From Lophium mytilinum (lineage: Eukaryota): 64,000 nucleotides of DNA. Below the pieces are notes generated by a model. That model did not search any database and was not told where the DNA came from. It saw only the letters and a list, made by a program, of their open reading frames with translations. Location: contig MU004202.1 in the NCBI GenBank assembly GCA_010093605.1, positions 11,560 to 75,559 of the forward strand. Direction: 5' to 3'. Shown one piece after another: positions 38,329-51,566 of the stretch; the stretch's first letter is position 1, and the number at the start of each line of letters is the position of its first letter. A program made the position numbers and the translations under genes.

Positions 38329-39325
38329 AGAAGAGAAGACTATTTGATGGAAAAAGTGGTTTGCTAGAAACGGGATCCGCTCTCCTTTGTGTTACAGCGT
38401 TTGGTTCCTGCAACCAAGACGCACTCCCGGCCTAAGAGGGATTAGGACCGCCAAGTCCTGACGGGGCAGCCTGTGATTGGTTCGCTGGTGCGAAGCCCGG
38501 CATTTTGTGATAGGTACCGGCTGTGACGGGAGGTTTTCCGCTTCAGATCACTCTATTACATGTTCTTCACTCACCGTGAATGGAAAATGAGGGACACGGG
38601 ATTTGGGCGATTCATTTGAAAGAAAGAATCAAAACACAAAGCATTGGTCTGACGCTCTTAGACCTATTCATGCCTGAACAGTCAAGTGCAACACGCTCTA
38701 CTCACCTACTCCCTGGCAATCTGATCTGAAGGTCTTCAGACCACGTAATCAGCACGTGTCGTCCGTTAAGGAGTTACTGATCTCGCGACCTGACGTGAGT
38801 ATGGGGTAAACTATGAGGGCTAGGAGCTTTCCCCGGAGCTTAAGGTTAATAAATCACAGTAAGAAACTCCATCTTTCTTTCCCCTAGAGATACTGGCATC
38901 ATCACACAATGCTTCAGTCACTGTTTTTCTTTTATCGATAGCAAAATCAATAACTGCGCTGAACATAGATACAGTTTTGCTCCTACTTATCCTTTCGACA
39001 ATCCCTTAGTTCTTACCGCGCAGGTGTTAAGCTTTTCCGCACCTTCGTCCGGCCTCAGTTCGTCCGCGAACGCGCACCCTGGCGGGCTCAAGTTCCCCCG
39101 ATGCAGCAATTTTTAATATATCGCAACGCTGCCATTGGCCCGCTTGCTGAGCTCGGTAGACTATGCCCCCTGCGATTCTTGATGGATCCCAGTCAGTCGG
39201 GAAGATAAAGGGATTGCCCTGGAATGTGGAATGGGGTCAATCTTTTTGACTACGCCCTCTTAGAACTATTTTGATACTTCCTCAAGAGAGTTGAATTTGT
39301 TGGACCAATACACGGGCTTGTAGAG

Positions 39326-40295
39326 ATGGGCGGCATTACTTTTGATCCTGCCAAGGATGTGCCCGATCTTGCTGGAAAGGTGATATTTATCACCGGAGGT
39401 GTGTATACTTCCACATTCTTCAAACACTTCTATAGACCTCCACTAACAATCGCCAGGTACCTCCGGCCTAGGCGCAGAATCCCTCTCCCAAATCGCCGTC
39501 CACAACCCAGCCCACATCTACTTCACAGGCCGCAACGCCTCCTCCGCGACCTCCACAATCTCAAGCCTCAAGACCCTCGCCCCAAACACCGGCCTAACCT
39601 TCATCCCCATGGACCAATCCTCCCTCGCCTCCGTAAAAACCGCCATCACCGCCAACTTCACCCACTCCCGCCTCGACGTCCTCCTCTGCAACGCCGGCAT
39701 CATGAACAAGCCCCCCGGCCAAACCACCGACGGCTACGAGCTCCAATTCGGCACCAACCACATGAGCCACGCCCTGCTCATCAAACTCCTCCTCCCCACC
39801 TTACTGAAAACCGCCGAGCTCCCGGGTAGCGACGTCCGCATCATCATCCTCACCTCCCAGGGCATGAAGATGGGCAGCCTCAACAACCTCAACGCCCTCA
39901 GAACCCCGGGGAAGAGCATGTTTCCCGGTGGCCAGATGATGCGGTACGGCAATTCGAAGCTCGCGAACCTGATGTACGCGAAGCAGCTCTCCATCTTGTA
40001 TCCGCAACTCACGTGCCTTTCGATCCACCCGGGCGTCGTGAAGACGGGGTTGGTGGCCGAGCAGGGCTATTTGCATAAGGCGATTATCTATGCGAGCCAG
40101 CTTGGGTCGTTGTTGGAGCCGGAGCAGGGTGCGTGGAATCAGGTGTGGGCGTCGGTGGGGGATGTGAAGGGGGTGGAGAATGGAGGGTATTATGAGCCGG
40201 TGGGGAAGGGGGGGTTGGATGGGGGGAGGTGTGCAAATGTGAAGTTGGCGGGGGAGTTGTGGGATTGGACGCAGAAAGAGTTGGAGGGGTGGTAG
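39326..40295 (+). CDS. Short-chain dehydrogenase/reductase (retinol-DH/WWOX-like)
   Basis: ITG|GTSGLG, CNAGIM, QFGTNH, YGNSK and HPGVV; intron ~39399-39457. Confidence 0.92.
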
Positions 40296-40597
40296 GGGGT
40301 TTGGGGGTTTCGGTATATAGCTATTCTACTTCATTTTCTGCTCCGTCTAAACTAGATCACACTGTCGTCCCTATTGACCACTCTTGTGCGTATGCAAAGC
40401 TCCTCCAGCGTAGTGAGCCAGCTGCAATTCAGTTTTAATCATTCACTGACCAGAATCGGGTTCACGTGACGCCGCGCTTCTGTATCTAGCCTTATTTCCT
40501 GAGCCGCTGGCTTGCCCTTCAACTTTGTTGACATCCCTCGACCTTCTCTACCTTTCATCCAAACCACCGCAAGTTGACGCCCGATTGCCGTCAACTT

Positions 40598-41242
40598 TGT
40601 AGATTGCAGGCCGTAGCATCTGATATTGGGTTGGGACGCTACATTATGTACATGGAACGACCCTGTTTGCTACTAGCATTGATTGCTGTGGGTGATTGTT
40701 ATAATCCAACAGCCCCTCTCAAGCGCTTACAGCAAGAAATAATAGTGGGAAACCTCCTTGATGGAGAGTATCTAGTGATGAAAGATAGAAGGGAGCGTAT
40801 GCTGATGAGGCCAGCAAGGACCGTGTGATGGCTGAGAGAAGCGGCATCCTGTGAAGATGATGATGATAATGGAGGAGAGTATTGTGGTGGTGAGTGAGAG
40901 AATCGTCCGGTATCGATGATGGCTGAGAACCTGTGGTGATGGCTAACATCTTGTGGTGATGGCTGGTATCCGTATGGCGATGGCTGTGCATCTAGGAATG
41001 CATCGAAGAAGGCATCTAGGAAAGCATGTTGATGATGGTGGACGTGAGAGTCTGCTAGTAACACCCTGCAGGAACGGGCGGACGACCTAACTTAGGCGGC
41101 AGCGTTGAATGAAGCCGGGCTCATTACCTGTAGATTGCAGGCCGTAGCATCTAATATTGGGTTGGGACGCTACATTATGTACATGGAACGACCCTGTTTG
41201 CTACTAGCATTGATTGCTGTGGGTGATTGTTATAATCCAACA
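40598..41242 (-). mobile_element. Non-autonomous miniature LTR retrotransposon (TRIM, Copia-type priming), 645 bp
   Basis: 114-bp LTRs at 40598-40711 and 41129-41242 (TG...CA, 113/114 identical); TSD AACTT at 40593-40597 and 41243-41247. Minus-strand PBS GGTAATGAGCCC directly after one LTR and PPT GAGAGGGGC directly before the other. Confidence 0.95.
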
Positions 41243-41484
41243 AACTTCGCCGTCCCATCATCCGTTGCACTTGATCCAGTGCTCCTTCACTTTGCTTTTG
41301 ACACCCCTTCCGCTGCGCTGGTTACAAGTCTCACGATTCTCAGGTTCACGATAACGGTTCATCTTGTAGTATGTAATCCATAGAACACGTGTATAAATGA
41401 GTAAAGTATGCCCCAATTAATCCCCCAGGCCATATACCAGAACACTTGAGGATCTTCATTCTAGTTGTCCGGCCAAGTTCCAAC

Positions 41485-44400
41485 TTACACCTTTGGGCCA
41501 TAGAACTTCCCATTCCAGCACCCCTCATCATCCGCCAAATTCTGCACCTTTGCCTTGACGAGCATGTCGTACCCGCGCACCTTCTCCGCCTTTGCTCTCC
41601 TATTCTCCGCCTTGAACTCTTCCACAGTCTGCGCCCGCTGCCTCTCCACGATCATCTCCTCAGAGGCGACTTCGAAAGTTGGATTGACCCACTTCATTGG
41701 CACATATCCATGCCTCTCTTTGACAAAGTCCTCTCGCTCTGCCTGCACATGCCCCCCTTCCCAGCACTCTTGCTGGAAGTCAGCCTTCATGTTGAGTGCG
41801 GTCCATTTGCCAACTCCTTGATACTGTTGCACCATGCGCTCCGTCTGTTGGTCATAAACGAGCTGGAAGTCTCGATCTTGTTGCTCGACTTGCTTGCCGA
41901 GCATGCCCTTGTACCTCTCCACGTCTGCGAGAGCCCTCTCGCAGATAACATCTCGTTTTCGCTCAAGGATTGTAATGATTTTGGTGTATTCAGTGACATT
42001 TCCTTCCAGAGACGCGACTCTCCGCTCCAATTTCTCCTTCTCAACTTGAACAGCGCGGGCTTGGGCATTGAACGTGTTCTCCGCGTCTTGCAGCTGGCTG
42101 AAGCGTGCCCACTTCGTGCGCAATTGGTCAATAACCTGCTTTGGGTTCTGGACATGTAGCATATTGCCCTGCTTGATCGTTGCTTTAGCCAAGACGTTGA
42201 GTAGGCCATCGTAGGCTGCTTGTATTTCGTCTCGCTTCTGTTTGTATCCGTCGCGGTCGTTTAGAGCGAGGGCGAGCTCGCCGGCTCTCGCGCTTGCGAG
42301 CTTCTCGTAGCTCGTTTCCTCCATGTCTAGCTTAAGGACGTAGGCCTTCAAGGCCTTTTTTGTGTCCTTGATGCGCTCAATATATGCATCTTTGTCCCTC
42401 GACTGCTCTTCCATCTTTACGATGTCGTTATTCTTGAGCTGATTGTCGATGAAGAGGTCGTGGATACGTTCCTCGCCCGTGCGGACGGCGTTGCAGAGGT
42501 GGTTGATAAGATCCGTCTGCTGGTCTAAAAGGATGGTTTGTTTGCGGATTTGATCCTCTGCATCCTCAGAGAGGTCGTCGGAGGTCTCGAAAAGAGCACT
42601 TATATCCTCACACATGGCGTCCGTATAAGTCACCATGAGACGGGTGTACTTCTTCTCGATTTCATTGGCCCGGCAATGCGCACGGCTGGCAAGGAGACGG
42701 TAATCCTTCGCCTTCTCAGTAAGGATGAACTCGTTCCGCTGAGACTTCTTCATGGCAACGAAATACCCATCCCTCTCCTTCTTGTACCTCTGCGCAATAC
42801 CCTTATGATTTTTCAGGTTGTCATTGTACGAGCGGTGTTCGTAGCCAAGCTCCCTGAATCCTTCTGGCTTTTCTGAAGCTGCGCCTGGAGCTCCACGTTC
42901 TTCTGGTTGGCATCGTCCGAATGCGACTGGAAGGCTTGCAAGTTATGCTGAACTGCAACATCCGTGACATCGAAGGAAATTTGGCGGGTGATGAGCTGAA
43001 GGTGGTGCTCAAGGCGGTTATTGCGATCCTGCTCCTTTCGAAGATCCTGCGACGCTTTGGTCTTCAAGGCTGTGAGCTCTTTGCGAAGCTCAGCTTCCTT
43101 CTTGGCTTTGCGCATAATCATGATTTGGTTCTTGTTGTTCAAGTCATAACCAATCGCGGCCTCATGCTGTGCGTCGCGGAGCTCGTGCTCGAGGTCGATG
43201 ACAGTGACTCTCAGTTTTTCCACCTCCTTGACACCTTCTTTGAGCTCTTTGACTTGATTCTTTAAAGCTGTCTTGTCTTTGATATGCTTGTTATTGGTTT
43301 TGACATTCCGTGCGGCCGTCTCGGTAGCTTTAGCTTCAGCTTTTGCTTCGGCGTCCTGGAGGTCTCTACATGAGGTGTCGAAGTAGCCCTTCCAGTCGCC
43401 GATTTCAGAATTCAGTTCGTCAACTCTAACTTCTAGGCCGGCCTCGTTGGTCTTTAGATCTTCGATTTGCTTGAGCAGCATATCCCTAGTTGTTTGAAAA
43501 GCGGAGATCTTCTCGTCTTCTATGAGCTTTGCGTCGACTCGCTCGTGCTGAAGGTCCTGGACTTTGTCCAGCAGCGCATCTCTGGTAGCTTCAAGGCCGG
43601 AGACCTTTTCGGCTTCCTCGGCCGTTGCCTCCTGCTAATCTCGCTTGAGGTTCTCAATCTGTTCCTTCAACCCGACCTCGCTGCACTGGAGTTTCTCAAC
43701 TCGAATCTTCGACTCTGCACAAGCCGCCTCAAGGCCAGCGAGCTTCTCAGCTGCCTCTACCTTTTCAGCCTGCTTCTCATGGTGCTGATCGACGATGTTG
43801 TTGACGAATCCCAGGAAGGCGCCATCCGGAACGATGTACTTTGGCGTATCGATATACGCATCCACGCTGGAGCTGGTAGCTGACCGTGAGCGCTCATTCG
43901 TACTCCCACTGCTTGCTAATTCAGGCGAGGTATTTGAGGTAGAGAGGATTGTGCTCGGGTGCAAGCCGGGCGAGTCGGTCACGGTATTTGTAGCAAATTT
44001 AGAAGGTGGAACAGGTGACTTCGCCTAAGGGTGGTGCGTAGTGACGCGGTATACATGCTTGAGCTTGCGACAGCCGCCTAGATGCACTGTCAACTTGCGC
44101 GCTTTGAGTATGTTGGAAAGAGGTGTAGGCATACCCGTCTTCGACTTGCCTTGCTGGAACCTCTTGGTGAATATGGAAGCAAAGTCGGAAACTTTCGCCG
44201 AGGGGCCTTCTCGTCCTTTGGAAAGGGTTAGTAGAGTAGCAGATTAGGGGCGGAACGAACAACTACCTTTCGCTTGAGAAAGCATGACGAGCGTCACAGG
44301 CTTTGTTTTGCTCAGATTGCTCTCTTTGTATGGTGTCAGTGGAGTATAGGGGGTAACAGTGCGAGGATAACCTGCCATTACTTCCTTTGGAAGCTGACGG

Positions 44401-44511
44401 AACCATCTTCAATTGGGTTTGCGTAAGTTTATTCACTTCATCCCTCACTTTCTTTGCCTTCTTCTTGCCAGGAGGGCGGGCAGATGCTCGCAGCGCGAGA
44501 TCCTTGGGCAT
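41485..44511 (-). pseudogene. Disrupted coiled-coil protein gene (paralog A)
   Basis: ORF-track pieces 43635-43982, 42813-43481 and 41485-42753 form one reading path broken by in-frame TAG at 44025-44027, TAG at 43635-43637 and a 1-nt frameshift at ~42857; 5' introns at positions equivalent to paralog B. Confidence 0.7.
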
Positions 44512-45477
44512 CGTGGTGGAGCCAAAGCTATGGAGTGATATGTGTGGTAGTGTGTGTATGTGTATTGTGGGGGGTGGTAGGTGGAAGGTGAGTGGCGCCA
44601 GTTAGAGAAAGTTGTTCGAGAGGTAGCTCATATAAGACATTCGCCTGGGGCGAGTTTTAGCGCTACACGTGAGCGAGCCGAGTTCATGTGATGCATTCGG
44701 TGAATGATGTGCTGAGTGCGCCAGCAACCCCGGCATAGCATAATCCGAAGGCGCAGCTTATAGGAAGTAATTGCAATAGAGGTTCAGTATATTGGACGTC
44801 TGACCTTGAAGGACGGTCTGAACTCTCTTATGGTGGTAAAAGCGAGAGTATATGTATATAGATAGAATGCAGCACAACACCCTGTAGAAACTGTAGCGTT
44901 AGTCTATTATGAAAAGTATATAGAAGTAGTACCACGAGATCGTACTTGATAACAGGGAGGCTGTGAACAGAGGTAGAGAGCGTGAGCTGGCAAATTAGTT
45001 TCTCCAAGCGAGCAAACCATACGGTATCGTAGCGAGATATAGCTATGCTCAGGAGACGACTGCAGAGTCAACGCTGAATATGGCTACAGAACATCGAGAC
45101 AAGCTAGATTGCAAAATTGAGTAACTAGGCTTCCGGGGGAGTGGAGCTTTCAGGAGTATTCCGGCTCTCCAATCCTGTCGTCAAATAGACATCACAAATC
45201 TCACGATTTTGATCTTAGAGCCATTTCACGTTTGTTATGATTTTTTCTATTTTACGGAGCATAAGGGGTATCATAATAAAGATTATACGCCTAGTTGAAA
45301 ACATATAGCCCTTTGTAATCAGGCTAGGCACAATTCTTCTTCATCCACTGATAAATCAGAGTATACCCACAAACCCCGAAGGCTTCTTTACCTTCCCGCC
45401 CATATCCTCTCCGCCGCTACTTTCAGGTCGGCAGCATCGATCTCATCATCGCCGTCATCGTTGATCTCGCCCATCCC

Positions 45478-48400
45478 CTACTCCTGAATCTCGTTACCGT
45501 AGTAAGGGCCCCATGTCCCAGCCCTCTCTGCTCTCTCCACACGTTTCCTCGAGGCCTCATCCATGGCCCATCGATCTTCCTGCTTCTTCCTCCTGATGTC
45601 TCTCGCGAAATCCTCCTTGGGCTTTGTCCTTGCCTCTTCCATGATTCCTTCCGCGGTCGTGTCGAATGTTGGCTTGACCTGTGGGTCAACCCTCTCATCA
45701 CACCAATCCTTCATCATGTCGACTCTCGCCTCCGCAGCATGAGGCGCCAGGAAAGCGGTTGAGGTGAAATCCGCACATTTGTTGAAGACGTTGTACCGAC
45801 CGTCCATCTTCCTCTCATCCTCACGCCGAGCTTGTTGTTCTAGAACGTCGAGGAACTCCTTGTTCTCCTCGAGGTCTTCCTCATGCTCCCTCCGGCGATT
45901 TTGTAGCTCTTTGGCCTTCTTCTTATCGAGCTGGACCTGGAGAGCTTCAAGTTCATCGTTAAACCGTGCCCGCTCATTCTCGAGGAGATCACGATGATGG
46001 CTTGCAAACTCAGCGCACGTATTGGCCTGCAACCAAGCCTTTTCCTCCCCTTTCTTGGCTTGGTCACGCTCACTCTCTGCAGCTTCAATGCGCTTCGAGG
46101 TGGTCGTGTCAGCCTTTTCATAGTCTTTGACACGTAGGTGCAGACCGAAAAGCTCACTCGCTAATTTGACGATGAGCTGGGTATGCTGACCGTTGCGCAC
46201 CATGTAGAAGCCAGACTCGGCTTCGTAACGCATGGCCCTTTGGATAATTTCCACGAGGGACTCGTGTCGCCCCCGCATCGCGTCCAGCTGTTGCTTTCGC
46301 TTTTCCGCCACACCGGCGTGGTGGTTGGCCAACTTCTCGTAGGTCGCCTCCTTCATTTCCAAAGCCAGGACTTCGTCCCTGGCTGCGTCTCCACGGGACT
46401 CGGAGTCAGCGAGACTGGCCTTCATGTCAGACACCCCCTTGCCCAGTTCTTCAATCTTCTGGTTCTTCAAGTCCATGTCGTATGTGAGGCTACGAGCATG
46501 GGACAAGGCCGTTTCTTCTCGCTGGCGGAGCATCTGGATTGTCTCCTTGTCTTTATCAATCACGTCGTACAGGTCCAGAAGTTGTTGTTGGACCCTCTCC
46601 GGAAGGCCACTGTATTTATCCACCATGAAGCAAACATCGGCGTACATCAACTCGATCCGACGGCACTCCTCTTTGTCAAGAAGCTTCTCAAGAGCCGCGG
46701 CACGCTCGCGTTCGCGCTCTACCTGATCGTGCCCGTAGGCCTTTTCCTCTTTCAAGGTGTCCACTGTGCGCTGTAGCTCGCGGTTCTCCGTGCGGCACTC
46801 ATGGAGGTCCTTCTTGAACTGTTCGAGAAGACCCTTCGTGGAGTTCAAGTTATCCTCGTAAGGACTGTTGATGTAGTTGATTTCGCGAAGCTCCTTCGCG
46901 AAAGCATCGCGATCTTTTCGAAGCACCTCGTGAGATTCCCGAGTAGAGTTGTGGTTTGTCTCCACGATGATGAAATGGTGCATCAATTCTTCATTGTTCA
47001 GTCCAACGGCCACTTTCCGGAGTAAGTCTTCGTAAGATTTCTCCAGACTGGCGTTCCGCTCGAGAGTCTTCTTGAAGTCTTCGGCTTGTTGGGTGTTGAA
47101 ACAAGCCACTTCGCGCATGTTCTTCGCCAGATGGTTTCGAAGGACCTTCTCCGTCTGGGCCTTCTGTTGGAGCTGGGTATTCCGCTGGTAGTAGAGGTCG
47201 CGAGCTTCCTCAGTCTCCTGCTCTGAATTCAGGAGCTTCTCCTTCAAGCTCTTGATCTCCCGAGCCTGCTCACCAATGAGCTTGAGGCCAAGTTGAACTT
47301 TTTTGGACTCTTCTTCCAGGTCCTTGGCCTGGGCTTTGAAGTCGCCGTTAGCAGTTTCTAGCTCACAGCGGAGGTCCTTCTCGGTCGTATCCTGCTGCTT
47401 AATCGTCTCCGCAGCAGTATAAATTTTGCGCTCATTCTCGTCGGCTTTGTCTTCGGCCTCGAGGAGTCGCTTTTCAAGGCTCGTGGCGTGTTGCTCAACT
47501 TGTTTCTGGTCACGGACAACGCTCTCCAGTGTGGTGACTTGTGTCTGAAGCTGCGTGACCTTCTCCTTCAAGGCCTTTTTGTCCACAATTTGCTTGTTGA
47601 TGACTTTGCGGTGCTGTTGAAGCTTTTCCTGCTTGTCCGCGACCTTGTCTTCGAGTTCTGCCTCTAGACTGTTGACTAGGCTCATCAGCGCAGCATAGCT
47701 GATGGTTTCTGTGTCGTCTTCACCATCCACAGCGCATTCCTCCTCGTCTTCCTGCTCGTCTTCTGCATCATCTCCCTTATCGTCTCCCTCACCATTTGCC
47801 ACTTCGTCAGCTGTGTCATCGATAGCGCCAACGAACTTGTCGAGCGAGGAGCCCCCGGGGAGAGCGCATTGCCAATACGGGAAAAGCTCTTTGATGCTAA
47901 TGACGCTACTCTGCGAGCTGGACTGGCATCGTTCGCTGCCGCTAGTATCAGGCTCTGCAGAAGTACTTGTAGAAATAGGGTTCCACTCGATGGTCAACAA
48001 GGTCTGACGGGTAGAGAATGGCGACGATACAGTGGTGGGGTGGAGTGAAGGAGAAGGACGCTGCTTATCAGCTAAGGACTGGGAGGATGTAGGTCGGCGT
48101 GGTCCAGATGTGGGAGAGATAGGACGGTAGGAAGGATCCGCCAGGACAAGGTCCATGCAATCATTAACTAGAAGCAATGTCAACACAGGTACTTTTCGAG
48201 GAGTATGAGGAAGTAATATACCAATCTTGGGCTTCAAGGAAGCAAAGCGCTGCTGGAATACTTGAGCAAAATCCAGTATATTCGCCGCAGTTGCATCGCG
48301 ACCTTCTCAGTATGTTAGTAGGACAGAGGGTGATGGAGATATTAAGGGCTTACCGTTGGCTTCATATAGCATGCGAAGCATCTCCGCCTTGTACATCGTG

Positions 48401-48672
48401 GGTTGAACCTCTTGGTGCGGTGTTAGTAGACGGAAGGAGGACATGTGTAGTGAATACATACCATCATCAGTGGAAGAAGAAGGAGACATCTTTCCATGAG
48501 GAGCAGACATGCTCAAACTATCAAGCCCACCAAACAATGTAATGTATCCTGGCCAGGTAGGAATGGCCATCTCACGACCAAGAGTGCGCGCCTGCTTGGG
48601 TCGTGGAGGGGGGATGGGAGTGGTTGGAGACTTGCGCCGAGAGAACGGATATCCGCAAGGCATATTTGCCAT
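45478..48672 (-). CDS. Large coiled-coil protein of unknown function (paralog B)
   Basis: 919-codon open exon rich in E/K/L/Q heptads; two 5' introns (GTATGT..CTAAC at ~48410-48461, GTAAGC..CTAAC at ~48305-48353); start MANMPC inferred. Confidence 0.75.
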
Positions 48673-49773
48673 TGCGAGAGGAGAAGAAGGTCACAATACG
48701 AGAAGGCAAGTGTTGCAATGAAAGCAGAGGAGTTGGTTGTTGTGTTGTGGTGTGGGGGTGGTGGTTGATGTTGAGGAAAGGTGTTGACAGCAGCTTCGAG
48801 ATTGCCGGGCAAGCTTTTTGTATGCGAGGGACGAGCTTCAAACGTGATCCAAAGAGTTTCCACGTGGGGCGCAAGAGAGGAGGTGGTGAATGGTGGGCTC
48901 AGACGCGATGTTCGCCCAGCGAGCGCGATGGAAAGGCTGGAGGTGAATCGAACGAGGCTCGGTGGAAGTTGCGAAGCCGCACAAACAGGGCCCTCAACCC
49001 CAGAAGCACTTGTCATAGGTATAAAGGAGTAACATAATCGATATGTGCTAATTTTGTTTATATACAGACTATCATTGATGAGTTATAGCGAAGTGACAGG
49101 GGAAGCGAAGGGCTGATATTTTTCGACGTTCTCAGGGGTTGCATTGGCTAGCAGACATGTCAAATCTAATACAGCCTACCAGAAACACTTAGGCAGTATA
49201 TGAAATGCTGATATAAAAGTTTGTAGCATTGTACGACTTGTATGGCATCGTAAAAGCAAACCAAGATCCCCTTTCCTCACCAGCAATCCTGTCAAGCACT
49301 ACGCGGACGGGCAATCAGAGGCCCTCGGAGCTATACCTCCTCCTGAGCAGATAGGATCTCTCCATAATCATCATCAGATATATCACGTATGTACAAAGGA
49401 TGTATCACCCTGTTGAGCGACCATTGCTACCTAAGATACGGAAAATGGACATCACAAAAGGGGAAACGACGGCGTGATAAGATTAGCAGCTTGAAGTCGT
49501 AACGTTTCTAAGCCGAGGCTTCGTGATGTGTAAGATATAACTTCTATAATAGTGACACATTAGCGCCATAAAGAAAGTCAATGGAAGGCCGTTCCAGTAA
49601 AGCATGTATCCCGCATCATGCTCGCTCCCCGGAAATCGACTCGATGACCACGACCCTATCGGTTTGTCAACCATTGAAGCAACCTCGTCTCTATCTCGAA
49701 CTTACTCGCATCTTTACGTCTCTCAGCCCAGCTCTCAGGCCCCATACGCACCAATCGAAGCCCTCAAACAGCC

Positions 49774-51073
49774 TTAACATATCTCCGCCAGCGGCTTCCT
49801 CACCGCCCTTACTCCCAACCTCCCCGCTGCCTGACTATGGCAGCTCGACCCATCCACATCCATCCACTTCGCCACCTTCCGCTCACACGGGGACCACGCC
49901 ACTTCATTCTCGTCCGCGGTAGCAATGACAACTCTTCCGCCCTTCCCACCCCCAAGCGCAACAGTCTTCATCGCCTCCTTCTTCTGCCCGCTGCCATCCA
50001 TACACAGCGCTTTGAACCTCGCGCCCAGAGCCGGGGAGTCCTCTCCCTTCCCCTCTTGCACGACCTCCTCCTTCCGCTCCCCACTCTCGTCGCCGTCGTC
50101 CCAAAGCTCAAACCCACCATCCTCTCGACCGACGCTCATAGATGCGACCTCCTTCTTATCTCCCTTCCCAGATGTCGCCAGAGATACCACAACGCCCTCC
50201 TCCCCTTCCTCCAGCACCTCAAACCCACAATACTCATCCCGATCAATATCCGGATAAAGACTACTCTGCGTGCTCGCAGGGGAGACCTCCACACTATCCC
50301 CTTCCCCTTCCATACCCATCGTAGTATCGCTACCCCCCCGCACATGTCCGGTAAGCACTCCAAACATGACCAGCTCAGCCTCTGCATCCGATTTCTCTTC
50401 GCGCAGCGCAGACCCAGTGCGTTGGTCTTCGGTGATCGCATGCAGTCGTGTAGTCGTTGAATGAAGCGGGTTCAGTTCTTCTCCCGCGACATCCGTCTCC
50501 AGTCCTCGAACAGTCCGCTCTTCTTCGCCCTCCCCAGCTTGCGCCTCGCATCCCGCGTCCTCGTCACCGCCAACGTCCCAGGCGATGTCTGGGAACCCGC
50601 AATACGCCCCTGGGCTGACTTCGGGATATGCGCTACTCGCGTCACTAACCGGTGACAGCTCTGTAGTGTTTTTGTTCCTCGCAGAGTTGCGCAGAATGAG
50701 TACGCGCTTATGCGGCGCAGAGTATGGCGTAGTCGGGTTCGCGACCGGGAGTGCAATGGTATCCTGGAACGGGGGGAGCGGAGGCGGGGAAGGGTGGTGG
50801 CGGCGGCGGAAGATCTTGAGCTTTGCTTTGCAGTTGTAGAGGGCGAAGGTGTGCGTGTAGAGGGGCGTGAAGTCTAAGAGTGAGAGACTGTGCGAGCCTT
50901 CGAGTTCTGTGGTATATTAATTAGTGGAGTTGGTGGAGGAGGGTGGTATGGGAGCGGGCACCGTTGATGATGTGGTAGAATGCTGCGATTATGAAGTCGG
51001 CGGATATAGGGTCGAGGTTGCTGATGAGCGCGTCCCATTGCGAGTGAAGGGGTGGAGCGGGAGAGAGGTTCAT
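49774..51073 (-). CDS. Hypothetical low-complexity protein, structure uncertain (possibly frameshifted)
   Basis: Stop-free frame from ~50870 to 49774 (P-rich then acidic); candidate exon 1 MNLSPAPP...HIIN at 51073 does not join this frame cleanly. Confidence 0.35.
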
Positions 51074-51566
51074 GGTAGATGGGTTTGTTTGATGGAGGTA
51101 GATGGCGAGTTGCTATTGATATAGATGACAAAAGAGTGGAGGTGAGAAGTTGCGGTAGCGTAGACCGTGGTTGGTGTTCAAGGCGTTGGCTGCGGAAGAG
51201 AGTCATAGAAAGTTCGCCACGAGCAGTCGCCGGGTACTTAACTTCCCAGAATCGGTGAATTGCGGATCAGAAGGATTGCGGAGGACTCGGAGTCACGTTT
51301 GACACCTCAAGACCACATATATCGAAGCCAAAATCATATTGAAACCGAGTATTTTCCTGTCTAACGCGTAATCGCAATCATCCTAAAAAGCAGAAGAAAT
51401 CTCATCGGTAGCGACAGTCAAGAACTCAACAAACCACAGCGCACTTCTACCTCCGTCGTACTCTTACCCGGCTGCTCACCCATACCCATATCGTCTGAGC
51501 CGTTTCTTTGGCAAGGCCAATGCCTCTCCCATATGAAGAGCCTCACCTTTCCACGAATGAGTCACT

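Noticed and set aside
40699..41064. 121-aa His/Ser-rich ORF inside the TRIM
   Set aside because: Non-ATG start, low complexity, no gag/pol motif.
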